DNA from: Gemmatimonadota bacterium
GTDB taxonomy: Bacteria; Gemmatimonadota; Gemmatimonadetes; Gemmatimonadales; GWC2-71-9
NCBI GenBank assembly: GCA_027294455.1
Contig: JAPULZ010000079.1
Coordinates: 10-64,009, forward strand
Reading direction: 5' to 3'
Length of the DNA: 64,000 bases
The position numbers and the translations under genes were made by a program. Positions 55,326 through 64,000 of the stretch are shown here, in pieces. The notes beneath the pieces were generated by a model. The model worked only from the letters and a program-made list of their open reading frames with translations. It did not search any database and was not told the origin of the DNA. How positions within the stretch are numbered: the stretch's first letter is position 1; each line of letters begins with the position of its first letter.

Positions 55326-55422
55326 GCCCCAGGTCCGGAGGGCGCATGCCCGTGAATCGCGTCAGGACCGTGCAGGTAGCAGCGCTAAGCGATCGCAAGT
55401 GTCGCTTCGGGAAGCCTGGGGC
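55326..55422 (+). ncRNA. ffs: Signal recognition particle RNA (4.5S, small bacterial type)
   Basis: TCAGG-ACC-loop-GGT-AGCAGC helix 8 motif; GCCCCAGG/CCTGGGGC terminal stem; T-tract after; upstream of dnaX. Confidence 0.9.
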
Positions 55423-55436
55423 GCTTTTCTTTTATC

Positions 55437-57146
55437 ATGAGTCACACCGCTCTCGCCCGTAAATACCGCCCCAGGCGATTCGCCGACCTGATCGGCCAAA
55501 TGCACGTGGCCACGGGGTTAGCCGGTGCCGTCGCCAAGAACCGTGTGGCGCACGGATACCTCCTGACGGGACCACGAGGGACGGGCAAGACGACGGCGGC
55601 TCGTATTCTCGCCATGGCACTCAACTGCGAGCGCCGGGATCGGGGTGCGTCCGACGGCGAACCGTGCGGTGAGTGCGAATCCTGTCGTCGGGTATGGGCG
55701 GGATCGGCCAACCTCGATGTCGTCGAGATCGATGCCGCCAGCAACCGCGGCGTGGATGACGCGCGCGAGTTGCGCCAGCGGGCCATGTATGCGGCCAGCG
55801 GTCCCGACCGGTACAAGGTGTACATCATCGATGAAGCGCACATGCTCACGCGCGAGGCGTGGAATGCGCTCTTGAAGATCTTGGAAGAACCGCCGTCACG
55901 TGTCGTGTTCGTCTTCGCCACCACCGATCCGCAAAAAATTGCCAATACGGCCAGCGCGGTGCTGAGCCGTCTGCAGCGATTCGATTTTCGGAACATCGGG
56001 CCCAAGGCCATCGTGGATCGGTTGCGGGAGGTCGCGGCTGCCGAAGAACTCACGGCGGAGGACGACGCGTTGGCGCTGATTGCACGGATCGCTCGAGGCG
56101 GCATGCGAGACGCGCTGTCCATGTTCGATCAAATCGTGGTCTTCGGCGATGGGGCCGTCACCACCAGCGGAGTCCATGAGGCGCTTGGGCTCATCGACGA
56201 CGACATGTACGGCGAGCTCCTTACCATGGTCGCGGAACGCCGCACGACGGACGTCTTCGGCTATGTCGCCCGCCTGGTGGAGCAGGGAGCGGACCTCACG
56301 GAGTTCGTGGGCGGCACGGGCGAAATCCTTCGGGCCCTGATGCTCAAGATCCTCGGGGGCAATCCCGAGGGGTTGACCGAGAGCCTCAAGGGGGTCATCG
56401 ACCGTGTGGCGGCCGAGCTCTCCCAGGGCGATCTGCTGCGCATGTTGAAGTTGTTGCAGGAATCCGAGACCTCGATCCGGCGGAGTCCCAATACGCGGCT
56501 CCACGTGGAAACGCTCCTCTTGCAGTGGACCATGCTGGATCGAACGGTGGAGATCGCCCAGGTCCTGGAGGCGGTCCGTGCCGGAGGGGCTTCGCCTGGG
56601 CCGCCCGTGTCCCCCGCGCCGCCGACCCAGTCGCCGCCTCGGACCGCCCGGAGGTCTCCTGGCCCGTCCGGAGGCCAGCGGGAGCCCTCGCGAACGGCTC
56701 CCCCGGGTCCCGAGCCGCAGGCCGCCCCGGCGGACGACCCGCCCAGGGCGGCAGGCCCTCCCACCCTGGAGGGCCTGCAGGCTGCGTGGAGGACGGTGCT
56801 GGAGGGGATCGGGCGCAAGAACCCCATCTTGAGGGAGACCCTCTCCCAGGCCCGGCCCAGCGCCTTGGCCGACGGCGTCGTGTCCATCGAGGTGGCGGGT
56901 GGGGAGCTCCAGATCGAGGGCTTGATGCGAAACAAGAGCGTTGTCCAGGACGCCCTCGCCGGCTACTTCGGCACCGCGACCGGCGTCGAGTTCACGGCTG
57001 GAGCCGAGCACCTCCCCGCGCCCAAGCCCGAGCCCCGTCGCCAGACCCAGGATGCGGATCGCGAGGACCGGTTGCGCGCCTATCGGGGCCAGGATCCTGC
57101 CCTCGATGCGGTAGTGGACGCCCTCGATCTGGAGCTTTTGGAGTAG
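55437..57146 (+). CDS. dnaX: DNA polymerase III subunit gamma/tau
   Basis: ALARKYRP, GPRGTGKTT, EIDAASN, IIDEAHML, NALLKILEEPP, SR. Confidence 0.97.
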   Translation: MSHTALARKYRPRRFADLIGQMHVATGLAGAVAKNRVAHGYLLTGPRGTGKTTAARILAMALNCERRDRGASDGEPCGECESCRRVWAGSANLDVVEIDAASNRGVDDARELRQRAMYAASGPDRYKVYIIDEAHMLTREAWNALLKILEEPPSRVVFVFATTDPQKIANTASAVLSRLQRFDFRNIGPKAIVDRLREVAAAEELTAEDDALALIARIARGGMRDALSMFDQIVVFGDGAVTTSGVHEALGLIDDDMYGELLTMVAERRTTDVFGYVARLVEQGADLTEFVGGTGEILRALMLKILGGNPEGLTESLKGVIDRVAAELSQGDLLRMLKLLQESETSIRRSPNTRLHVETLLLQWTMLDRTVEIAQVLEAVRAGGASPGPPVSPAPPTQSPPRTARRSPGPSGGQREPSRTAPPGPEPQAAPADDPPRAAGPPTLEGLQAAWRTVLEGIGRKNPILRETLSQARPSALADGVVSIEVAGGELQIEGLMRNKSVVQDALAGYFGTATGVEFTAGAEHLPAPKPEPRRQTQDADREDRLRAYRGQDPALDAVVDALDLELLE

Positions 57147-57210
57147 CTTGCGGCGTTTTTGCGGCTGGGGTAGCTTGTAACGCTGGTAACTCTAACAACT
57201 GCACGGATAT

Positions 57211-57528
57211 ATGTCGGATTTCTCGCAGCTCCTTCAACTGGGCCAGCAGATGCAGGGTCGCATCACGCAGATGCAGACCGAGCTGACCCAGCGCACCGTG
57301 ACGGGATCCGCCGGGGGCGGCATGGTGACCGCTACCGCGGACGGGAAGGGCCAAATTCGCAAGATCAAGATCGACCCGAGCATCGTTGAAGACGGCGATG
57401 TAGAAATGATCGAGGACCTGGTTTCTGCGGCTGTGGCCGATGCCCAACGCCGCGCCGAAGAGATCTACAAGGACGAGCTGCGCAAGGTTACGGGAGGGCT
57501 CCCGCTCCCCTTCCAGCCGCCACTTTAG
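57211..57528 (+). CDS. ybaB: YbaB/EbfC nucleoid-associated protein
   Basis: GSAGGGMV, IDP, MIEDLV.AA..DA; between dnaX and recR. Confidence 0.95.
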   Translation: MSDFSQLLQLGQQMQGRITQMQTELTQRTVTGSAGGGMVTATADGKGQIRKIKIDPSIVEDGDVEMIEDLVSAAVADAQRRAEEIYKDELRKVTGGLPLPFQPPL

Positions 57529-57532
57529 ACGC

Positions 57533-58129
57533 GTGTCTGCCATCGAGGATCTGACGGCGGAGCTGGCCAAGCTTCCCGGGATCGGTCGGAAGACGGCGAG
57601 CCGTCTCACGTTTTTTTTGCTAAAACAGCCCCCAGGTGCCGCGGAATCCCTCGCTGGAGCAATCCAGCGCGTGGCGGAGCGTGTCAATCTGTGTTCGACG
57701 TGCGGGAATTTCAGCGAGGGCGACCCATGTTCGATCTGTACGGACACACGGCGGGATCGGGGGACCGTGTGCGTCGTCGAGGAGGCGTCCGACATCGAGG
57801 CAATTGAGCGCTCGGCAGAGTTTCGTGGGCTGTATCACGTTCTGGGTGGTCATCTGTCACCGCTAGATGGTGTCGGTCCTGACGAACTTCGAATCGATGC
57901 TCTGCGTCGTCGGTTGGAGAATGGCTCCGAGGTGCGGGAGGTCATTCTTGCGACCAATCCCTCCATGGAGGGTGAGGTGACGGCCACGTACCTTCGTGGC
58001 GTCCTGGCGCGAGCCGGACTCAAGGTGACGCGCATCGCGCTCGGGCTTCCCATCGGCGGCGATCTGGAGTATGCCGACCGTGTCACGATCGCCCGGGCGC
58101 TCGCGGCCCGCACGGAGATGGCGGAGTAA
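57533..58129 (+). CDS. recR: Recombination mediator RecR
   Basis: KLPGIGRKTA, C4 zinc finger, CVVEE, YHVLGG, ATNP..EG, GGDLEYAD. Confidence 0.97.
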   Translation: MSAIEDLTAELAKLPGIGRKTASRLTFFLLKQPPGAAESLAGAIQRVAERVNLCSTCGNFSEGDPCSICTDTRRDRGTVCVVEEASDIEAIERSAEFRGLYHVLGGHLSPLDGVGPDELRIDALRRRLENGSEVREVILATNPSMEGEVTATYLRGVLARAGLKVTRIALGLPIGGDLEYADRVTIARALAARTEMAE

Positions 58130-58398
58130 TGGGGACCAAGGTCAAGGCGGCGTTGCTGACGTTTGGCTTTGGAGCGTTGGTGGGGGCGGTCTTGGCGCAG
58201 GAGTCGATGGGACGGCATCGCGGTGATCTGTTCAGCGGACGGCCGCTCCGCAGACTCTCGGCGCTCGGGTTTCTCAGCGGGAACCCCAGCGTGGAGACCG
58301 TACGCCTGCTCCACGATTATCTGGCCTGGGAGCAGCACCCGATGCTGCGCCGGAGGGCGGACGGCATCGTACGCAAGATGGAAGCGAAACTTGGATAA
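58129..58398 (+). CDS. Small membrane-anchored helical (HEAT-like) hypothetical protein
   Basis: N-terminal TM, then RRLSALGFL...VRLLHDYLAWE.HPMLRRRA; TAATG coupling to recR. Confidence 0.75.
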   Translation: MGTKVKAALLTFGFGALVGAVLAQESMGRHRGDLFSGRPLRRLSALGFLSGNPSVETVRLLHDYLAWEQHPMLRRRADGIVRKMEAKLG

Positions 58399-58410
58399 GG
58401 TGAGGGCCGA

Positions 58411-58905
58411 ATGACCGGTGCCGGTAGTTGGTCTTTAGGCGAATCTGACTACAACAAGATCAACGAGCATTTGCTGGCTTTGCTCCGCGAATCCGATGCG
58501 CGGAGCGCTATGGTCGTCGATCGAACAGGACAGCTGCTGGCGAACGCCGGCGAGGAGCTATCGTTCGATCCGACCGTCTTTGCGTCGCTCACCGCCGCCG
58601 ATTTCAGTGCAAACGACCAGCTGGCCAAGATGATCGGGGAGGCGGAGTTCGCCTCGCTGTTTCATCAGGGCGAGAAGGAATCCATGTATCTCGCCGATGT
58701 TGGGCGCAAGCTCATCTTGGTGGTTTTGTTCGATAAGCGGACGACGGTTGGGATGGTCCGGCTTCGCGTGAAACAGACGGTGCAGGATCTCGACGTGCTG
58801 ATCACGGAGATGTTCGGCCGAGCCCCAGGGGATCCAGCCAGCCCAGAACAAGGCGGATTGCTAGAGGGAGCGGACGACGAAATCGACAAGCTGTTCGGCG
58901 ACTGA
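58411..58905 (+). CDS. mglB: MglB roadblock/LC7 protein
   Basis: VDRTGQLL, FASLTAA, LAKMIGE.EF.SLFHQGEK, G.VRLR, C-terminal DDEIDKLF helix. Confidence 0.92.
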   Translation: MTGAGSWSLGESDYNKINEHLLALLRESDARSAMVVDRTGQLLANAGEELSFDPTVFASLTAADFSANDQLAKMIGEAEFASLFHQGEKESMYLADVGRKLILVVLFDKRTTVGMVRLRVKQTVQDLDVLITEMFGRAPGDPASPEQGGLLEGADDEIDKLFGD

Positions 58906-58920
58906 GGGGGAGTATCGATC

Positions 58921-59595
58921 ATGTCGATGATCAACTACGCCTCCCGCGAAATCAACTGCAAGCTCGTTTATTACGGTCCGGGTTTGGGCGGCAAGACGAC
59001 CAACTTGGAACATGTGTACGGCAAGGTGGCGCCCGACAAGCGCGGCAAGATGGTCTCCCTGGCCACAGAGACGGAGCGGACGCTCTTTTTCGACTTCCTG
59101 CCGGTAGACCTGGGCACCATCCGCGGCTTCAAGACCCGGTTTCATTTGTACACCGTGCCGGGCCAAGTGTATTACAACGCTTCGCGAAAGCTCATCCTCA
59201 AGGGCGTCGACGGCGTCGTGTTCGTGGCCGATAGTCAGATGGACCGCATGGAAGCCAACGTCGAATCCATGCAGAATCTGTACGACAACATGGCGGAGTA
59301 CGGGTACGATCTGACCAAGATCCCGTTCGTGGTCCAGTACAACAAGCGGGACTTGCCCAACGCGGCACCCATCGCCGACCTCCAGGCGCAGCTGAACCCG
59401 GGGTGGGAGGTGACCGACCGCGCCAGACAGCGCGTCACCCCCGATCCGGTCAATGAGGGCGAGAGCCTCATCGAGCAAGTCGATGGGACCTGGATCGAAC
59501 GAGCGCCGTACTTCGAATCGATCGCATTACAGGGTCAAGGGGTTTTTGAGACCCTCAGACACGGTGCGAAGTTGGTTCTCAAGACACTGAGCTAG
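58921..59595 (+). CDS. mglA: MglA small GTPase with insertion
   Basis: [41 protein letters not shown]. Confidence 0.96.
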   Translation: MSMINYASREINCKLVYYGPGLGGKTTNLEHVYGKVAPDKRGKMVSLATETERTLFFDFLPVDLGTIRGFKTRFHLYTVPGQVYYNASRKLILKGVDGVVFVADSQMDRMEANVESMQNLYDNMAEYGYDLTKIPFVVQYNKRDLPNAAPIADLQAQLNPGWEVTDRARQRVTPDPVNEGESLIEQVDGTWIERAPYFESIALQGQGVFETLRHGAKLVLKTLS

Positions 59596-59604
59596 CGAGC
59601 GGGC

Positions 59605-60273
59605 ATGGTCTGGACGCTGCCCAACATTCTCACCGTGTCGCGCATCGCGCTGACGCCGGTGGTCGCCCTCTTGCCCTTCATCAATGGCTACCTCCCCAAG
59701 CTGATCGCATTTGTCGTGTTTGTCATTGCCGCCATCAGCGACCTCATCGACGGGCATCTCGCACGGCAGCGCGACGAGGTGACGGACCTCGGGAAACTGC
59801 TGGATCCCATCGCCGACAAATTGTTGTTGTTCGCCGCGTTGATCCCCATCTTCGCCATCACGCGCTCGTCCATGAGTCAGTACGGAATTCCATGGTGGGG
59901 GAACTTGCCGCTGATCGTGCTGCTGCTCCTCGTGGGCCGCGAGATCGCCATGACGGTGTTCCGCCACGTGGCCAAGGGGCGCGGAGTCGTGATCGCGGCG
60001 GACTCCGCAGGGAAGATCAAGACGGTCGTCCAGAACATCTTCCTGGGGGCCACTATCGCCTGGTTTGCGTGGCGCGATATGCGAGTGCAGTTCGGATGGG
60101 AGACGGGCTGGCTCGGGGACCTATGGAACCGCGTTCACGGAGCGGTCGTGGCCGTGACACTCGGAGGAGCGTTGGTGCTCACGGTGTTCTCCTTGTTGAA
60201 CTACTTCTATCGCTACCGCAACCTCTTTCGGAGTACCTCGGCCGTTTCGCCGAAGTCGGGCCATGGAGCTTGA
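59605..60273 (+). CDS. pgsA: CDP-alcohol phosphatidyltransferase (PgsA-like)
   Basis: LPNILT..RI, D..DG.LAR...T.LGKLLDPIADK, RE, GKIKT. Confidence 0.92.
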   Translation: MVWTLPNILTVSRIALTPVVALLPFINGYLPKLIAFVVFVIAAISDLIDGHLARQRDEVTDLGKLLDPIADKLLLFAALIPIFAITRSSMSQYGIPWWGNLPLIVLLLLVGREIAMTVFRHVAKGRGVVIAADSAGKIKTVVQNIFLGATIAWFAWRDMRVQFGWETGWLGDLWNRVHGAVVAVTLGGALVLTVFSLLNYFYRYRNLFRSTSAVSPKSGHGA

Positions 60274-61543
60274 GCTGGTAACGATCGGCAACGAACTGCT
60301 GCTCGGTTTTACTCTCGACACCAACACCGCCGAACTCGCGACCGCCCTCAATGCGGTGGGCGTGCGTCTCGTGCGCTCCACCACCGTGGCCGACACCCCC
60401 GATGCGATCCGCGACGCCGTGCGCGACGCTTTGGCCCGGACGGGCTTCGTGGTCACCACGGGCGGCTTGGGACCGACCCGGGACGATGTTACCAAAAAAG
60501 TCGTCGCCGATCTTTTCGGCGCGCCGTTGGACCTGGACGCGGAGTACCTCGAAGAGCTCCGCAAACGCTTCGAGCGTCTCGGCCGGGGACCGATGTCGGA
60601 GAAGAACCGGAGCCAGGCCGAGATTCCCCGCGGCGCGGTGGCGCTGCAAAACCCCAGGGGCACCGCCCCCGGGGTGTGGCTGGAAGGTCCTCCGGGTGTG
60701 GTAGTGATGCTGCCGGGCGTTCCGCATGAGATGCGGGGACTGCTCGAAACCGAGCTCGTGCCGCGGCTGGTGCGGCGCATGGCAGGCAGCGACACCACCG
60801 TGACGCGCTCCCGCCTGCTGCGAACGACCGGCATCGCCGAATCGTCTCTGGCCGATGAGCTGGAGGGTGTGGACGAGCGCATCGCCCCGGTGACCTTGGC
60901 CTATCTGCCGAGCCTCGAGGGCGTCGATCTTCGGTTGACCGCCTGGCACATGGCGGCGGCGGCGGCGGATGCAGCCCTGGAGGACGCCGTTCAGGCCATC
61001 CTCCCGCTGCTCGGCCGGCGATACTACGCTGAGGCAGACGGCGATCTCGCGGCGGTCGTACTCGACGGATTGGGCCGCGCCGGGCACCGTCTGGCGACGG
61101 CCGAATCCTGTACCGGGGGCTTGCTGGGCGAGCGCATCACGGCCATCGGGGGTTCGTCGGCGGTCTACGTGGGCGGTGTCGTGGCCTATGCCAACGAGGT
61201 GAAAGGCGGCGTCTTGGAGGTGTCCCCCGACATCCTGGAGCGGCACGGTGCGGTGAGCGAGGAGGTGGCCCGGGCCATGGCCCGGGGGGTGGCCGAGCGG
61301 CTGGGAGTGAGTGCGGCCATGGCGGTCACCGGGGTCGCGGGGCCCGGTGGCGGCACGCCCGACAAGCCGGTGGGGACGGTTTACGTGGCGGCCCGGCTGG
61401 GGGACGCCGATCGGGTCGTGAGACTCGGCTTGTCCGGCGATCGGGACGCCGTGAGGCGTCGCAGCGCCCAAGCCGCGCTGGATCTGCTCAGAGGCCTCCT
61501 GGCCAGGAGCGTCGGAGCGGAAGATCCCGGCCTGGCAGGTTGA
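60263..61543 (+). CDS. cinA: Competence/damage-inducible protein CinA (MoCF domain plus NMN deamidase)
   Basis: IGNELLLG, GGLGPTRDD, GTAPG, LPGVP.EM, AESCTGG, GAVS, TGVAGP. Confidence 0.95.
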   Translation: MELELVTIGNELLLGFTLDTNTAELATALNAVGVRLVRSTTVADTPDAIRDAVRDALARTGFVVTTGGLGPTRDDVTKKVVADLFGAPLDLDAEYLEELRKRFERLGRGPMSEKNRSQAEIPRGAVALQNPRGTAPGVWLEGPPGVVVMLPGVPHEMRGLLETELVPRLVRRMAGSDTTVTRSRLLRTTGIAESSLADELEGVDERIAPVTLAYLPSLEGVDLRLTAWHMAAAAADAALEDAVQAILPLLGRRYYAEADGDLAAVVLDGLGRAGHRLATAESCTGGLLGERITAIGGSSAVYVGGVVAYANEVKGGVLEVSPDILERHGAVSEEVARAMARGVAERLGVSAAMAVTGVAGPGGGTPDKPVGTVYVAARLGDADRVVRLGLSGDRDAVRRRSAQAALDLLRGLLARSVGAEDPGLAG

Positions 61544-61569
61544 TGCCCTGCCATTGTGGCGCTAGCGAC

Positions 61570-61584
61570 TGGTACGGCCTTTGC
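61570..61584 (+). promoter_or_regulatory. Sigma54 (-24/-12) promoter of grpE-dnaJ
   Basis: TGGTAC-GGCCT-TTGC, close to TGGCAC-N5-TTGC, ~70 nt upstream of grpE. Confidence 0.65.
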
Positions 61585-61654
61585 CAGGTCAGTATAGTTC
61601 GATCCGTCGCATGATCCCCTGCAATCGACACCAGGTAGCGACCAGGGAGTGTGG

Positions 61655-62281
61655 ATGAAGTCACGGAAACCCAAACCCGAGGCGGCACAGCCGGCGGACG
61701 CCGAAGTCCAGGATCCGCCAGCAGGTGAGGCGCCGGCCGCGGCAGCCGAGGCGCCGGTGGTGGAGGAGGAAACCACCGCCCGGCAGGTTCTCGAGAGCCC
61801 GGAACAGGCCGTGACGCGGCTGCAGGGCCAGCTGGCCGAGATGCAGGATCGGCATCTGCGCGTCGCCGCGGAGTACGACAATTTCCGCAAGCGTACCGCT
61901 CGGGAACGCACCGAGCTCTGGACCCGGGCGCAAGCCGACGTCGTGGCCCGCGTTCTCGATGTGCTGGATGACTTTGGACGGGTGCTCGATGTCGATCGGT
62001 CGCAGGCCACCATGGAAGACGTGATCAAGGGCGTGGAGCTTGTCGAGCGGAAGTTGGTGCGGGATCTCGAAGCATCCGGCCTCGAACGGGTGGGCGAGGT
62101 GGGTGAGCCGTTCGATCCCAATCATCACGAAGCCATTGGATCGGTGCCCGCCGAATCAAAGGAACACGATCACACCGTGGGGACCGTTCTGCAGCACGGC
62201 TACAAGTTCGGAGGTGCGCTGCTGCGGCCGGCGCGGGTGCAGGTTCGCATGTGGCACGATGACGGGGGCGCAGCCGGTTGA
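61655..62281 (+). CDS. grpE: Nucleotide exchange factor GrpE
   Basis: [19 protein letters not shown]....LLRPARV.V. Confidence 0.96.
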   Translation: MKSRKPKPEAAQPADAEVQDPPAGEAPAAAAEAPVVEEETTARQVLESPEQAVTRLQGQLAEMQDRHLRVAAEYDNFRKRTARERTELWTRAQADVVARVLDVLDDFGRVLDVDRSQATMEDVIKGVELVERKLVRDLEASGLERVGEVGEPFDPNHHEAIGSVPAESKEHDHTVGTVLQHGYKFGGALLRPARVQVRMWHDDGGAAG

Positions 62282-63363
62282 TGCCGCAATCGAGAGACTA
62301 TTATCGGATTCTCGGGGTCGCGAGTTCGGCGAGCAAGCAGGAGATCAAGAAGGCCTACCGCAAGCTCGCGAAGAAGTACCATCCCGATGCCAATCCCAAC
62401 AACAAGTCCGCTACCGAGAAGTTCAAAGAGGTTTCGGAAGCGTATTCGGTCCTGAGCGACTCCGCACAGCGCAAGAAGTACGACATGATGCGCAAGTTCG
62501 GGGCGTTCACCGGCGCCGGCCGGGGGACGTCGTCCACGGGCCGTGGTTCCGGCTCGCCGTTCGAAGATTTCGACTTCAGTGCGGGCCTCGGCGGGTTGGG
62601 CGACATTTTCTCCTCCATTTTCGGCCGGGGCAAGAAGACGGAAGCCGTCGAGGCCATCGAACAGACGGTGGAGGTGACGTTCCGCACGGCCATCCTCGGC
62701 GGCAAGGTGCCGGTGACGGTACCGGTGTCGGAAGCGTGCCCGACCTGTGGGGGGAGCGGCGCGGCGCCAGGAGCGCAGATTTCGTCTTGCGACGAGTGCA
62801 AGGGCCGAGGCACGGTGAGCTTCGGTCAGGGAGGGTTCGCTGTGAACCGGCCGTGTCCCAAGTGCCGCGGTCGCGGGACGGTTGCCAGCGAGGGGTGCTC
62901 GCGATGCGGCGGTGGGGGCGAGGTGGATCTCAAGAAAAAGATCATGATCACCGTCGCGCCGGGCACGGATTCGGGTAGCAAGGTGCGGCTGAGGGGACAG
63001 GGCCAGCGCCACCCGAGCGGTGGCAAACCGGGGGACCTGGTGGTTACGTTTTCCGTCAAGCCCGATCGCTTCTTCCGGCGTGACGGGGACAACCTGATCT
63101 GTACCGTCCCGATCAATCTGGCGGCAGCCACGCTCGGCACCAAGGTTCGCGTCCGCACGATCGACGGCAAGCGCGTCGCGTTGCGCATTCCGCCGGGCAC
63201 TCAGCCCGGTCGCAAGTTCCGGGTGAGAGGCATGGGCGTCGAACGCAACGGCAAGCGTGGCGATCAGTTCGTCGAAATCGACGTCAAGATTCCCGAAAAG
63301 CTGGACGAACGCCAGGAAGGCCTGCTCAAGGATTTTGCCGAGGCCGCGGGCCTCAAGTACTAA
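62281..63363 (+). CDS. dnaJ: Molecular chaperone DnaJ (class A)
   Basis: DYY.ILGV, HPD, G/F region, four CxxCxGxG, GTQPG. Confidence 0.95.
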   Translation: MPQSRDYYRILGVASSASKQEIKKAYRKLAKKYHPDANPNNKSATEKFKEVSEAYSVLSDSAQRKKYDMMRKFGAFTGAGRGTSSTGRGSGSPFEDFDFSAGLGGLGDIFSSIFGRGKKTEAVEAIEQTVEVTFRTAILGGKVPVTVPVSEACPTCGGSGAAPGAQISSCDECKGRGTVSFGQGGFAVNRPCPKCRGRGTVASEGCSRCGGGGEVDLKKKIMITVAPGTDSGSKVRLRGQGQRHPSGGKPGDLVVTFSVKPDRFFRRDGDNLICTVPINLAAATLGTKVRVRTIDGKRVALRIPPGTQPGRKFRVRGMGVERNGKRGDQFVEIDVKIPEKLDERQEGLLKDFAEAAGLKY

Positions 63364-63369
63364 TTCGGG

Positions 63370-64000
63370 TTACCGCAGCCAATTCTCCACGCTGTCCGGG
63401 CGGAAGCTGCCGTTGCGCTCGACCGTGAAGGTAGCGTTCGGACCGGGCGCCGACCATTGCAGAATGTCGCCGTCAAGGCGGCCCATGGTGTACACGATGA
63501 ACGTCTCGTCGCGCGGCACGCCGGCGATGACGTGAATTCGTCCGTGCCGGTCGATGGCGATGTCGGTGAGAAACGCGGTCTCCGCCCACGGCCAATCCAT
63601 CCGCCAACGAATATTACCGAATTCGTTGTAGAGGGTGACGTGCGCGCCGGGAACGGCGTGCAGCACGCCACCGGCCGCGCCCGCGATCAAGCTGAGCCGC
63701 ATACCAACCTCGACCAGCGCGAAGGTGGCGGAGGAGTCGCCATCCAGCACGACCAGTTGGTCGTCGGCCGACTCGACGACGATCTGCCCGTCGGGCAACA
63801 CCGCAAACTGGTGCGGGATGGATGAGATCCCCCGCAAATCGATCCGGCGCTCAAGCGTTCCGTCCCAGGAAAGCACGACGATCTCTGGCTGCCCGGCGTC
63901 GCCGAGGTCGGAGACGTACCAGCGGCCACCTTGCTGCTGCACATGGAGTGGGTGCCGCAGGGCGTCGGTGCCGATGGTGTCGGCGATGTTGGATCGCAGG
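63370..64000 (-). CDS. Hypothetical beta-propeller-like protein (partial, starts beyond window)
   Basis: Frame open to window end; WYVSD, PHQFAVLPDG, DIAIDRHGRIHV (NHL-like blades). Confidence 0.7.
   Translation of the reverse strand, partial: LRSNIADTIGTDALRHPLHVQQQGGRWYVSDLGDAGQPEIVVLSWDGTLERRIDLRGISSIPHQFAVLPDGQIVVESADDQLVVLDGDSSATFALVEVGMRLSLIAGAAGGVLHAVPGAHVTLYNEFGNIRWRMDWPWAETAFLTDIAIDRHGRIHVIAGVPRDETFIVYTMGRLDGDILQWSAPGPNATFTVERNGSFRPDSVENWLR

Noticed and set aside
56560-56780. dnaX programmed frameshift producing gamma
   Set aside because: No A-AAA-AAG or long A-run in the Pro-rich linker.
57611-57618. T8 tract in recR (T7 tracts in fur and ccdA) as phase-variation sites
   Set aside because: Short, in frame, encoding Phe-Phe in housekeeping genes.
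61544-61654. CIRCE element before grpE
   Set aside because: No TTAGCACTC-N9-GAGTGCTAA present.
1-64000. CRISPR arrays, tRNA/rRNA, IS elements, prophage, defence systems
   Set aside because: None recognised by eye; intergenic gaps are short and no integrase, transposase or cas motifs were seen.

Overview
GC-rich bacterial chromosome segment; the gene set and several lineage-like hypothetical proteins suggest Gemmatimonadota (inference, not verified). 1-12.2 kb: 3' end of tuf plus the S10/spc ribosomal cluster through secY-adk-map, with no infA/rpmJ/alpha genes after map; several r-proteins carry basic extensions, most strikingly a histone-H1-like arm on uL30. 12-34 kb: mostly housekeeping (formiminotransferase, suhB, trpS, degenerate PilT paralogue, purA, orphan Wzc, glycerate kinase, glyQS, NSS transporter, ubiquitin-like protein, HDAC-family enzyme, priA, fur, pyruvoyl arginine decarboxylase, speB, ccdA). 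34.3-45.1 kb is the most interesting block: a four-gene phospho-Thr module (zinc-ribbon/2xFHA adaptor, Hanks kinase, PP2C, FHA-TM-coiled-coil-trypsin protease) flanked by murQ, a peptidoglycan amidase and a second kinase ending in PEGA and TonB-C-like domains. Two decayed gene remnants (ggt, gamma-carbonic anhydrase) bracket this block. 45-64 kb: nrdJ, ispG, cobB, pyk, ltaE, trkA, SRP RNA with an atypical pentaloop, dnaX-ybaB-recR, mglB-mglA, pgsA, cinA and grpE-dnaJ behind a sigma54-type promoter. No rRNA, tRNA, CRISPR array, IS or prophage was recognised. All calls come from reading motifs by eye; no searches were run.
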